From assembly GCF_006345805.1 (NCBI RefSeq), contig NC_043010.1:59644001-59708000 (forward strand): a stretch of 64,000 nt of DNA. Reading direction: 5' to 3'. Under the pieces are notes generated by a model that saw nothing but the letters and a program-made list of their open reading frames with translations, was not told where the DNA came from and did not search any database. Below are positions 10,036 through 23,342 of the stretch, one piece after another (the stretch's first letter is position 1; each line of letters opens with the position of its first letter). The translations under genes were made by a program, and so were the position numbers. This DNA comes from Octopus sinensis (taxonomy: Eukaryota).

Positions 10036-10536
10036 AATATTGTATTTACATTTTAAATTACACACACATTAACAACATCAGCCATATTTTGTTAATATAA
10101 CCTCTCTGTTCTAAGGATTTCTATGTCAGTCTCTCTCCACATCAGACATGTTGGTGTTATATAGACTTATCATGGCTGACTGTTAGTGGAGCTGATGGGA
10201 TGTCTTCTCCCTCTCTGTATATGTATATTTCTCTCCTTTTTCTTTGTGGAGGGGAAACACAACATCTAGTCTGAGTGAGGCTAGAGTAAGCATCACCCAT
10301 CCTCCTCTCTCCTCTTCTCTCTCATACACAAATATACACACACTCTCACTAAACACCACACATCCACAAAGGAAGACTGAGAGGGAACTGCTGGTTCCCA
10401 CTGACTCACCACCAACACTATTCCATCAACATGAAGCCATTGTCACACCATAGCAGCAGTGACACAGACAACCATTAACAACAGAACATTGGGACCAAGT
10501 CACAGTTTATACAACAAAGGATTTTACACAATGAAG
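10036..10536 (+). promoter_or_regulatory. Conserved promoter/5'-leader module of G2, ending in donor ATGAAG|GTAAG
   Basis: Block A (~160 bp, 10036-10196) and block B (~175 bp, ending at 10536) recur almost unchanged before every gene, separated by a variable CT/CA-rich spacer. Strong 5' splice site and no in-frame ATG with the downstream CDS. The promoter role is inferred from position. Confidence 0.7.
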
Positions 10537-12167
10537 GTAAGTTTATTGTTGAATATTACGTTAAATAATAATTTTGCTTATCACAAGATGGTAATATCAA
10601 AATTCAAAATATAATATTCAAATGGTGGCCATATTAGATTTTTGTTAGTTCTCATTTAATAGCTTTCAAAGATTTTCTTCAGAGAAACAGTTAATTTAAA
10701 GAATACATTTTTAAACTTGTATACTCATAATTTCCACAAACATAAGTCCTTCATCATTACATTTGCGTATTATTTTATATTATTTATTAGTTATTGACAT
10801 TGTGCATTCCCATTCAGTGACTCAACGAGATATTGTTTAGTCTCTGTAATTATAAATTATTGTACATAATGATCATTTAACTGTATTTGATACTATAAAA
10901 GATTTCTCTATTGAATTAACAATGTTACCGAATAGCAAGAAGATTATTAATAATTCTCTCTCCTTCACATATAAGTGTCTGTCTGTGTTTCAACTTGACT
11001 GCGTGTCCTTATTCCTGTCTATGTGTGTAGTGAGGAAACCATTTTCTCATAAAAATGTATCTTGTTAAATTTGTTTGATAGAATATTGTTTTTTTGGAAG
11101 GTTACTTAATAAGTATGTTCCATTTGAAGGGGAAAATAAGTATTTTTGTTAACATATTTATTTCTATGATTTAAAACATTTGAACCTATTAATATTGATT
11201 GTTTAATTACTTTAAATTAATTATCCACTCACTGGTAATTTAATTTCTTCATAAGTTATGTTCAAGCCACTCAACTGTTACTCTAAGTCTGTCATATATT
11301 GTTGTAGCCATATAACAATTAGAAAATTAAATGTTCTTTATATGTATAACAGAGTTTTCATTTAAAAATAAGGAATATAATTACTTGGTATGTCTTATTT
11401 ATTAATTATCTCAGACAAGTTTATTTATAAAAATATCTTTGTAATCGTTTCATTTTGCCTACATGCCATATTAATGGCCAAAGGTAAATCTCTTAATAAC
11501 ATATTGCTATCAAAGATGTCCTGTGAACACTAACAGCTAATTTGTATGTTGTCTAGACATGCAGTTGAATCAAGTAATGAAGTATTTCTTTGTAACTAAC
11601 TTTTTCCATATATACATATGTATATAGGTATGTACATACACACACACACTCACACACACACAATGGTAGAGAGATTATCAGTATTTAATGTGGACTGTAA
11701 CGTTACCGTATTTTCCATTTTTACCTTTAACTCAAAATGCAAAAGCCATAACAGAATTTCTCTTACACATTATCATGTAATTCTTTTTCATTACTAAAAG
11801 GTTGTTATTTTCTCTATCTTTCCAATATGATGGAAAATGTTAAAATTTCTAAAAAGCGTTAGTTTTATTACATTTCAAGGGAAGTAACTCAAAATTTGTC
11901 CCTTTCCAATCATGAAATTGTAGAACTGTTTTTTTATTCTGCAACTGACAGAAATCATGTCTCCCTTTTTCTGTTTTGTTTTCTCTGTCTCTATCTATCT
12001 TCTTATGTTTCCCTCTTCATCATTCAGTTCATTCCTCCACCATCTTCTGAGATCATATTTCATTATATATACCCAAGAATTCTCAGTATAAGTAAGTTAT
12101 GTACAGAGATGGAGTCAGCAAGCTGGGAATTGGCCATAACTAAAACACTGTATGAAGCATGTAAATA

Positions 12168-13050
12168 GGGTCCATCAGGGTTTAGTTCTCAATACCCTCT
12201 TGTTTGTTACACTTCTGCAAGTCACAACAGAGGATCTTAAGACCACCTTGCCATGCCAACTATTGTCTGTGTGTCAACAACATCTTTCTTGTAGCTGAAT
12301 CTGTTAAATGTTTTGGGAAGAAATGTTTTGCATGGAAGCAAAGCCTCGAAACATGAGGTTTGAACCTAAAGCTAGCGAATGCAAAAGTTTTAGTTAGCAA
12401 AGTAGAAGATGGGTCTGTACATAGAGGTGGCCATGCATGATATGCATAAAATGAGTTTGTAGGAATTTGATAGAGTAAGCTATGTTTTTGCAAGAGGTGC
12501 AGTAGGATCAGATGTGAGATGGCAGAGATGAAAGAGTTTGTATGTCGTGGATGCCCAGCTAAAATTTTGAGTAGGAACACCTGTATATAAGGAATTGATT
12601 TTAATGCAAAAAATTGATCTCCAGAAGTTATTGATGACTTTTGTTGTGAAGGTACCCTAATTAACTGTAGAAGCAAGTGTTCCAAAAGCATAACTACCAG
12701 AGTAAGAATTTGAGTGAAAAATGTTTCAGAAGTTATTACTTCTGTTGACAACAATGGGATTCTCTTGCCAAGTGAGAGACAAGTTGTTTGATGCAGATGT
12801 ATAAAGTGTTGCATAGTAACGAAGCACAGGCGTTGAATGTAGAGGATGTGTTAAAGAAGTTTTATGTGTTTCTTTGCTGTGTGTGTAATGTTAGTCTACA
12901 TGAATGACTGCACAGAGAAGCTGAGAGTAAAACTGGATATAAGAGGGATCAGGCTTGTGACGAAACAACTACTGATTTTGCTATGTGTTATGCATTGTAT
13001 TGTATTGTCATCGTAGACATGGTGTGTGACTGATCATTTCAAGTTGGAGA
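12168..13050 (+). mobile_element. Decayed RTE-type LINE reverse transcriptase fragment; copies at ~32435-33315 and truncated at ~52643-52858
   Basis: Frameshifted translation resembling GVHQG..VL..LLF, EV.D.FC..G.LI, TRVRI..K.F.ELL.LLT and KLRVKLDIRGI, typical of the RTE RT and C-terminal region. Confidence 0.7.
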
Positions 13051-13599
13051 AACGACTGCTAACTGTGTGTATGTATATGTATGCATTAAGTTATATGTAA
13101 CTTAGTGTTCCCTGTTGATCCATTATAGTTGGGCATGTAGATGCACTTGGAACACCTAGTGCAGGGCTCCAAAAGACCATAATGCTGAAATATAAACTTG
13201 CGATTATCCTTATTTCTCTTACATTTGCTGTGTAGCTCATAGCTTGTTATTCCTCTCAGCATAGCAGTTACTTAACTATACAAAAAGCTGACTGGGTTCT
13301 GAAAATCTATGTGCAGCTCTAAACCTAACAGTAGCCGTCATGTATTTGTGTACACAATTTCTTATATATACACACATATATATGCATACACACACACACA
13401 CACATGCACACTCATGCACATAGACTTCTACCTTCCCTAGTTTCTTATACAATCCATATCTCCAGTTATGTGTGCTCTCGTCATTTCTGGCATCATTATT
13501 GAAAATATGGAAGACCTTTTTGAGTTATCTGACCACTAAATAGTCTTTCAACTATTATTCATCCATCTTATATGACCACTATTCCTAGGATTAGAGTCC

Positions 13600-14990
13600 T
13601 CAGGCACCATCTATATAGGATCCTATCAGAAGCAAGTTTCTTTAGACCTTCTGGTCGGATTTTCAAGTGCGAGCAACTGAGACTGGTTATTATCGAATCA
13701 TGGTCTGTCCTTGTCACCTGCTGACTGGTTCACATCGAAGGATTCATCATGCAATTCTTTCTTGTGACATTCTAATCATGTCTGTAGCACCTGAGCTGTG
13801 ATCTCTTAATGCACAGAAATAGTGGCCTGACTTAACGAGACTCCCTGATCTCTGAGCTTGGCACCTTATGGAGTAATGTTACTTCGGAGACCCTTTGTAG
13901 GAATCTCATTTCAACCATTTCTATTCATGATCCATACACTTTCACTAATTACCCAACATTTATGACCATAGGTTTGGCTTTTTCCCCAACCTATCCTCTT
14001 CTGAGGATCAAATGCTGGAGCAGACACATTTCAATTCTAGCTTCCACTTCAGCTTTCTTCCACACATGCCATTCAGAACTTGGCTGGGGTTCTTCTCTTG
14101 GGAGGTGGAGAGAACACATTACTGATCTTCTAAATCTGGTCATGTGGTGGAGATGTGGGACGTCTAGAAGTGAAGACTAACCTCACAGAGGCTGACGTCA
14201 TAGAGGCAATTAAAGCTCTCAAATGTGGCATGGCTGCAGTAGAGGATGAAATTCAATCTGAGATGTTAAAAGCCTTAAATAGAGAAGTTATTCTCTGACT
14301 GACTTTCGTATGCTAAGTGGTTTGGATCCCTGGGAAGACACCAGAGCACTGGCAGTCTGGAGTGATAATCGTAATGTTTAAAAAGCTCTACTTATAGAGG
14401 AATTTCTATGTTGAGCATCTCTAATCAAGTCTCAACTAAGTATGTGGAAAAGTTATAGGGACAGTGTCAAGCCTACGTCAGCTGAGGAATGATGTGGGTT
14501 GCATCTTGGATGTAGCAGAACTGACAGATATTCACCGAATGGTAGGTCTTTGAAAAATCGTATGAGGTGCTTGCTTGCTTTGCATATAACAACTGCATGT
14601 CACAGGACATGCTGTGGAAGGTTTTTCAGGAGTTTCATATTCACGTGCAACTTTTATTTGCCATGAAGTTCCTAAGTGATTGCTCAGATATTTGTGTTTG
14701 GCTAAATGGTTCTGAGTTGAAATCTTTCAGCGTGCATGTTGGACTTCATCCGAGATATTTATTGTATGCTTTTCATAATTTTTATGAATTGGATTGATAA
14801 GCAAAGCCATTATGCAAGTAATATCACAGTTGGTGGATGTAGGATTGGTCGGCTGATATTTGCAGATGACATGGTGCTACTTAGCTCCACAGAAGGTGAT
14901 TTGCATCATGTACTAAATGTCGAGTGTTGTAAAGCAGGGATAAGAATTAGTGTATTGAAGACTGAGCTGTTGGTCCACAAGTGTAGACGT
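13600..14990. mobile_element. Second decayed RTE LINE with internal inversion (minus arm ~13600-14065, plus arm ~14070-14990); copy at ~33870-35215, deleted remnant at ~53930-54340
   Basis: The plus arm gives RWREH..DLLN, EAIKALKCG.AA.EDEIQ.EMLKAL, YRGISMLS, LFIIFMNWID and LIFADDMVLL. The minus arm gives TYGHKCWV, VEMRFLQRVSEVTLLHKV.SSEIRES and IKRSQLRCY. Confidence 0.72.
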
Positions 14991-15169
14991 TTAAGTATCA
15001 ACTATTATTTCCACATATAATTACTGAATTAATATATCCTTATAAATTAATGATTTCTAATAAATAATTACGATATCCAAATTAATACATCTTCTCACTT
15101 TGTAAATATTTTTCTATTTCAGATCAACATTTTAATACCAATGATTTAATACCATCAGAAACAGAGACG

Positions 15170-18100
15170 ATGTTGTGTCTGTATATTTTACTGACTTTCT
15201 TCCACTGTTCCCTAAGTGAAGATATCACATTCCATGTTAAAGAAGAGAATAATCCCTACACCTATGTAGGGGACATTGCTACTGATTTACAGAAATCAGA
15301 CAGCTCCTTCTTAAAGAATAAGGATTTAATTACATTTAGTCAACTCCAACAAAAGGGGGAACAGTTGTTCAATGTGACGAGAACAGGTAAACTGTACACT
15401 GTTGAGACATTGGATGCTGAGTCTGTGTGTAGTTATGAGAAAGAATGTTTTGGAATCGTTAAAGTTGCTGTTCACAAATCCAAGACATTTATGAAGATCT
15501 TAAAGATTAAAGTCATAATAGAAGACATCAATGACCACCAACCTGAATTTCCTAAGAATGAAATCACACTAAACTTTGGGGAAGGCGATGGTAAAGGTAT
15601 GAAGAAACCCATTCCTAATGCCATTGACAAAGATAAAGGTTATCAAAACAGCTTAATTAATTATGAATTAAATGGTGGAGGTAACTATTTTTCATTAAGT
15701 GTTTCCAAAGAAGCTGATGGTTTATCAACATTAGAAATAATTCTGGAAGATAAATTAGACAGAGAAAAGAAAGACAGTTACAATATTGAGGTCATTGCTA
15801 AAGATGGAGGAAACCCACCAAAACAATCTGTTTTAAATGTTAAAATATCTGTGGAAGATCAAAATGATAACAGACCACAGTTTTCTCAAAGTATCTACAA
15901 TGTTTCTATTGAACATAAACATAAAAAGAATATTCCAGTAGTCACATTATCTGCCAGTGATTTAGACATTGGCAGGAATGGTAAAATATCTTTCTATTTC
16001 AGTCAGAAAACTGATGAAAAAATAACAGAATACTTTCATTTAGATGAAAGTACTGGAAAGTTATTTCTTGAAAAGCCTATAAATTTTGGTAAGAAAGAAT
16101 CATTTAAATTATATGTGAAAGCCAAAGATAATGGAATTCCTCCTCTCAGTTCCATTGCAATAATTCAGATAAATGTTATCAACCAACACAACAATCCTCC
16201 AAATATTGATGTGAACTTTATTTCTACACAGAATCACAACACAGCCACCATTCTGGAAGACATCAAAGTTGGTAGTTTCATTGCTTATGTGATGGTCACT
16301 GACAATGATGTTGGACACAATGGAGAGGTGAACTGTCATATCAAAGACGACACATTCAAACTACAGTCAATGGGATCGAAGGAATATAAAATAGTTCTAA
16401 AGAAAGCAGTAGACAGAGAGACACAGGAACATTATCACTTTACTGTGTCGTGTGAAGATAAAGGATTACCTGCTCTGAAAACTGATAAAGATCTGTCAAT
16501 CCAAGTGTTGGATGTGAATGATGTAGAACCACACTTTACGAAAGACACATTCAAGTTCCTTACCTATGAGAATGACAAAGCTAATTTCCCTATTGGCTTT
16601 ATCAATGCTACAGACCCAGATATTGGTAAGGGAGGTGAATTGTCTTATTCTCTGAGAAATAAACAGCAATATCGTCTGCCATTCCAGATTATCAACTCTG
16701 GCTTTATTTCAACAAACCAGTCTTTAGACAGAGAACACAGAGATTTCTATGAGTTTGAGGTTTTTGTGAAAGACAATGGAAGCCCATCTCTGAATAACAC
16801 AGTGAATGTTGAAGTGGAAGTATTGGATAGAAATGATAATGCTCCATATTTTACATTTCCTAGTGTTGACCCTTTCACTCTTAATGTCCACTATCATCCG
16901 CAAAGTAAGAACGACATCACAGTTCTGAAAGCATCTGATATAGACAGTCACATGAATGCTTTTCTCAGGTATGAAATCGTTTCAGGTAACGAGAGACAGT
17001 TATTTAAACTGGATTCGTTCACTGGTGTGTTATCTTACTCTCGCACAGTTTACCAAAATGATGCCGGATCATATGAGCTTGAGTTTGTTGTGAAAGACAG
17101 TGGTACTCCAGTTCTGTCAGCAACAACTAGTGTGTCTTTGACACTGACTGTTAGTAACAAGACGTCACCAATGTTCACAGCTGTGCACCTACCAAGTGAT
17201 AACACAATAGATGCGACATTGTTGATTATCATTGTAGTAGCAGCTGTGATAGTATCTATAGCTATTGTGGTTTCTATAACCCTGTGTATTGTGAGATGTA
17301 ACAATGTGAGAAATAGCTCATCTGAAAGAACAGCAGAAGAGAAACAGGCATACCAATGTCGCAATGAGATGAGACAGTTGATCTATCAAGGTAACAACAG
17401 TGTACCTGTGATGTCAGGTAATCGAGGAGAGATGACAGACAGATATGGTCATTCAAGGAGCCATTACTATCCTGAAGACTGGAAGACATCGACAATGAGC
17501 AGATCTCTTCAGAAGTCTACAAAGGTAAGCTTTACTTCTATTGACTGTTTCTTAGTAGTTAGTGTTTAATTAAGAATTATATGACTGGAAGATATTAGTA
17601 GTGAGCAGATGTCTTCAAAAAGCCATAAATAAGGTATGTGTTAAGATTCTCTATTGATAATCTAATATTTTATTGAATAATGGTATTAAATGTTTGATAT
17701 AAATGTAACTTGTAAATGTTTAACTTTCTTCATATTGATTTTATGCCAATAACATATAATGATGATTGATATCAATATTTTATAAAGCATAGATTTTGTA
17801 AAATTTTCAAGATAATATGTTATATTAAAATTGCAATAAGACATAAAATAATTTGTTTTTTTAACAGCAGAAATACAGTCAACCGATTGAGGTGACATCT
17901 TATGGAGACAACAGACCATCTTCTCACTATCCCACTGACACATTGACCAGTCGTAAGAGCAGTGGACAGTGCTGGAGTGAGCGGTCAAGTAGACAGTATG
18001 AAGAAATACCAGCAATGTCAGGTAAAACACACTTGTCCATTCATATCATTATAATAATTCAATTCCCAGATGTGTAAGTTTTGTAACTCAGGGACATTGT

Positions 18101-19990
18101 TTCATTACTTCCCACAGTATTTCTCCGTTAATTACTTTATGTGAGATTAAGTGTTATCTTAGATACTTATTAGAGGGAATATTTGGCATTTGTGTGGCAT
18201 AAAATGACTCATCACTGAACTTGACATACACACATGGATGCCTTGTCATTTTTATCACTGAAAATTGTGTGTGTTTTGGTAGAGAAGCACCTGTTCATTT
18301 CACATATACCTTGAACATAATCTATGAATTATAGATGAAATCTACGTCAACCTAAGAATATTATGGTAGAAGACACTTGCAGAACGTATTATATAATGGT
18401 AGTGAATCTGAGACTTTCTGATTGCAAAATAAATGGTCTTAGAATTCAGTTATGCTTACACCTGATACAATATTTTACACACAAACACACACACATGTGT
18501 GTGAAAACTAACTAGCTAACTTTTGCTTTCTCATTCTAAAATATTTGGAGGAACTTATTTGACATCACTGACATCATTTTGCTATATTTCAACATACATC
18601 CAGTCACTGGGCTCCATGTGCATTATACTGTGGTGATGAACATTTCACTATGTGAAAAAATTACCAGGTCATTGCCTCCATTTATTTCAGAAACAATTGT
18701 CTACATACTAGGAAAACGTTTACATATTCTGAACTCTCTCTCTATATATTTCATGACACAGTATTATGAACTCTTCAGGATTGTATGTTTCTCATCATGA
18801 AATTTTGAAAATCCATTTAGGTTTATGAGTAGATTGGAACTTGTCCTTTATACAGGAAAGTGAATATAATGTATATCAATGGTTTCATCTGAGCACAAAG
18901 GGAAATGAGGAAAACCGGAAAGGACAATAAAAGTGAACCCTAAATATGTCATTTATAGAAAATAACATCTTTAAATATTGATAAAATAATAATATTTCTA
19001 AATCATCTTGTATCTTGGAAGGATCATTATGCCAATATCAAAGACATGCACTGGCTCTGTTTCACTTTTATTAGTCAACTTGTTAATCGTCAATCAGTTG
19101 TTTGATTAATCATTCAGCCATATCGAATCAATCAGCTAGGTTCTTCAGAATCCTTTTATTGCCATTTCCAATTCCATCAATGGTACGCTCTCTCAACTCC
19201 AAGTCTGTTTTCTAGTTTTCTGATTCTAGTTTCCTAGTTTCCTGATGTGAGAATGTGTGGGTGTGTGTGTGTGCGTGTGTGTGCGCGTGTGTGCATGCAT
19301 GGTGTAGATTCTGTAGATGTGTGACAGGGAACAACCAAATACAAAAATGAAATATTTTGAAATCTTTCATCCAATTTATTCATGTTATCATTAATAATGT
19401 GAATTTATTCATTTGTTAGTGTTTCTTACTTGATTTCTACCTATGTAACAATCTTTCTAGTAATGTGATGGGTTACCTTACAAAATAGCTATCTGATGTT
19501 CTACCTATAGGTGGTCTGTTATGTGATACAATGATTGAAGCACAACTGTGTTAAAGAATTCATTGAAAGATAACGAGGAAGTCTACACTTAAAGCCTATT
19601 GTATTTGTTTTTGGTTTTGCTGAAGTTTTACAACATCAATTATCATTAAACAAGCTGATGTATTTTAACCCACTCTAATCCAACAGATAATCAGTGGATT
19701 ATTAGTCAGATAAGGAATTTGGGGATGGTGAAACATAATTTCTTTGTTATTTTATATCTTAGTCTAGTAATTGTTGTGGAGAAGAGACTTTTTATTAATA
19801 TCAGTATATACCTGTTGTCTGTGTGGATTATGCTTTAAGTTTATTTGATGTATATATGTGTGTTTCAGGAATCTATGGTGGTGCCCCACCCGATGTATCA
19901 AGCACCAGTGAGAGAGACCATTACCAAGACAGATATGTGAAACCTCCAGAGAGACAGTTACCTTCAACACCAGATGTTGTTGCCAGTTAA
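15170..19990 (+). CDS. Pcdh: Protocadherin G2: join(15170..17524, 17868..18021, 19869..19990), ~876 aa
   Basis: Same architecture and splice phases as G1. Large exon starts at 15123; leader donor at 10536. Confidence 0.92.
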
Positions 19991-20447
19991 GTGAGACTGA
20001 GAAAGGAACACAACAGAAATAATATCACCTTCAACATTCACACAATATATATAAAAAAAACAAAACCAGAAATATATTAGTTAATAAATAATATTGCCTA
20101 TATATGATAAATAGCTTCTTAAATCTGTTTGAGACAATATGTTTTATTTAAATCCTCAGATTGTTTCTACAGATGCAAATACAAGTTACCATTGTTAGAT
20201 CTGCCCTATCAAATTCTTCAGTACTTATAGACTGGTAGATACTTGTCCTGCAGAAATACAATTTATATTTGAAACAGAAAATTGAATTATCTTAGAAAAT
20301 CAAAATAAATATTTAAATTATATTGTAAATATTAAGACTTAAGAAAGTATATTTTACTTAGTTTACATATTTATTTTATAATTTTACAAATATATCTGAA
20401 ATGGAATACATAAGAATTAGGTCACCCACACATTCCCAGTTGTTGTC

Positions 20448-20925
20448 AATATTGTATTTACATTTTACATTACACACACATTAACAACATCAGCCATATT
20501 TTGTTAATATAACCTCTCTGTTCTAAGGATTTCTATGTCAGTCTCTCTCCACATCAGACATGTTGGTGTTATATAGACTTATCATGGCTGACTGTTAGTG
20601 GAGCTGATAGTGTGTGTTCTCTCACTACTCTGTCTTTGTGTGTGAGAGGCAACATCTAGTCTGAGAGAGGCTGTAGTAAGCATCACCCATCCTACTCCTC
20701 CTCCTCCCTTTCACACACACTCACACACACACACACACTAAACACCACACATCCACAAAGGAAGACTGAGAGGGAACTGCTGGTTCCCACTGACTCACCA
20801 CCAACACTATTCCATCAACATGAAGCCATTGTCACACCATAGCAGCAGTGACACAGACAACCATTAACAACAGAACATTGGGACCAAGTCACAGTTTATA
20901 CAACAAAGGATTTTACACAATGAAG
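20448..20925 (+). promoter_or_regulatory. Conserved promoter/leader module of G3
   Basis: Same blocks A and B; donor after 20925. Confidence 0.7.
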
Positions 20926-21271
20926 GTAAGTTTGTTATTCCATATTATTTATTCAAATTATGTGAAGAACCAATATTGTAACATCAAAAGTCTAATATTT
21001 TATAATAGATATGTGTCAGTTCTCATTTATTGCATTTCTTTCCAACATGGCTTTTATATATTTAGTAGGAAACAGGAAGGGAGTGGAAAATATCTTCATT
21101 TCTAATTTTACATAACATTATTAAAATTAATTATTGTTATCTTTGACGTATATATAATATTTTTCTATTTTATTTTAACATTCACTCCACCAAACATTGT
21201 ATAGTCTTAGACAATACCAAATATTAAACAAGATTATCAATTAAATATATACAGAAATGTAGGTTTTATAC

Positions 21272-21482
<211 letters not shown>

Positions 21483-23061
21483 TCAATTGATTGTGAAATA
21501 TTATTTTCATGATTTTATCAGTTTAAAATGTGTGTGTGTGTGTGTCTCTTTGATTTCTAGTAATATTTAAATCAATCACATCCTGCTCAAGATTTTCTCT
21601 CATTAGTCTTCTTCCTGGCCAGCTTCTGTCAACTCTCCTACTCGTGCATGCATGGAAGATGGACGTTAAATGATGGTGATTTTTTTCATCAGTTATATTT
21701 ATTTAGCAAAGTGATATAGAATATGTAACCTCAAGGTTATATAAAGGATATTGATTTGCTGATGGTAACCTGCAAACTGGTGAAATACATGTTTAATTTG
21801 TATTCACTTAATCACTTTTTTAAAACCAAAATAAAGATAGGATGGTCATGGATGGAATACTTTTTGTCATTGGTCTGCTGGATACAAGCTTAGTTGGATA
21901 GAAACGACATTATCTTGGATAATTAAATGTTTCACATCAAATATTTCACTTCTATTTCAGAATATGTAATTAAAAATGAATTCATTAAGAGGTTATTTAT
22001 ACTTATTTTAATTTTAATTTTTTATTTTCAAAAGGAGGAAACAAATATCAATCTGTTAATTAGTTTCCTTTATTTAAAAATTAATTTTCTATTTAAACAG
22101 AAATTTAGTATTCAGTTGTTTCTGTTAAATTTAAAGTATTTTGCCAAATATAATCTCATTTTGATGAAACCCTGCCATAAAAACAATATTTATCTCTGTT
22201 TTGATATTATTTTAACGATTATTTTGTGTTTTAGAAGCCAGCTTCTTATTTAATAAACCAAGCAATGAATCATATTATTTTATTTCCTTCTGTTTAAACT
22301 AATATACAAAATATTGAAATTATTCGTTGCTTGGAGTTAGAGACTTTGATAAAATAATATATATTTCTTATGTGTGGGAGACATTGAAAAGAAATTAACA
22401 ATTTCAAATGTTAGTTTTAGAACTTAAATCTAAATATATTAACAAATTTTAATAGTTATGGTGTCATTACTACCTTAAAAGGATTATAAATACTCAAGAA
22501 ACTTTCGTTAATTTTCTTAGTTAACGCCTTTGCTATTATGTTATTATTTTTTTTTACATCATCTTTGCCAAAGTAAGTTACAATAGATACGCACAACGCA
22601 TCATTTATCGAAGGGAGATAATTCAAACTTTCCTATTTCCTTTTGTAGTAATTTCTCATTCTAGTATTTTTCATTGAAATCTTATATTAATTGGGTGATA
22701 CAGGCTATTTTACTTTGCCATATACCATGCAAATGATAAATGTTATAGTTTAATTAAATATCCTCTGGAAATGGATCGAAATCTAACTGATTGAATTGGC
22801 CCATCTTTATTTGTACCTCAAAACTAGACACATGAATATGTTTGATTCAGACTGTTGATCTAAAGAACCTTTAAAACCACAAAAGTTGCAGTACTCAAAT
22901 CCTTCTAATTACTAAACCAAATTGTATATATTTAACTTCTCACAACCACCTTGAATGGATGTGAAAAGACACAATAACATTAGACTATGTTACTCTGAAA
23001 TGGTCATAGAAATGTTAAAAACATTACCAACTCTCTTTTGTTTTTTAAGTCATAAATAACT

Positions 23062-23342
23062 ATCATCATCATCATCATCATCATCATTTAGCGTCCGTTC
23101 TCCATGCTAGCATGGGTTGGACGGTTCAACTGGGGTCTGTGAAGCTGGAAGGCTTCATCAGGCCCAGTCAGATCTGGCAGTGTTTCTATGGCTGGATGCC
23201 CTTCCTAACGGCAACCACTCTGTGAGTGTAGTGGGTGCTTTTTACGTGCCACTCGCACAGGTGCCAGACAGAGCTGGCAAACGGCCACGAACGGATGGTG
23301 CTTTTACGTGTCACCGGCACGGGGCCAGGTGAGGCTGGCAAC
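23062..23342 (-). mobile_element. (GAT)n-tailed SINE-like repeat; duplicate at 43292-43569
   Basis: (ATC)n then TTTAGCGTCCGTTCTCCATGCTAGCATGGGTTGG..GGATGCCCTTCCTAAC, the reverse complement of the 8027-8274 family. Confidence 0.7.

Noticed and set aside
10244-10453. Short ORFs ending ..RKTERELLVPTDSPPTLFHQHEAIVTP repeated in the leaders
   Set aside because: Starts are GTG/TTG and differ between copies, and the spacer has frame-shifting indels. The conservation is explained by block B itself.
12260-12814. 184-aa minus-strand ORF duplicated at 32527-33081
   Set aside because: It is antisense to a decayed RTE RT fragment; its identity reflects the recent duplication.
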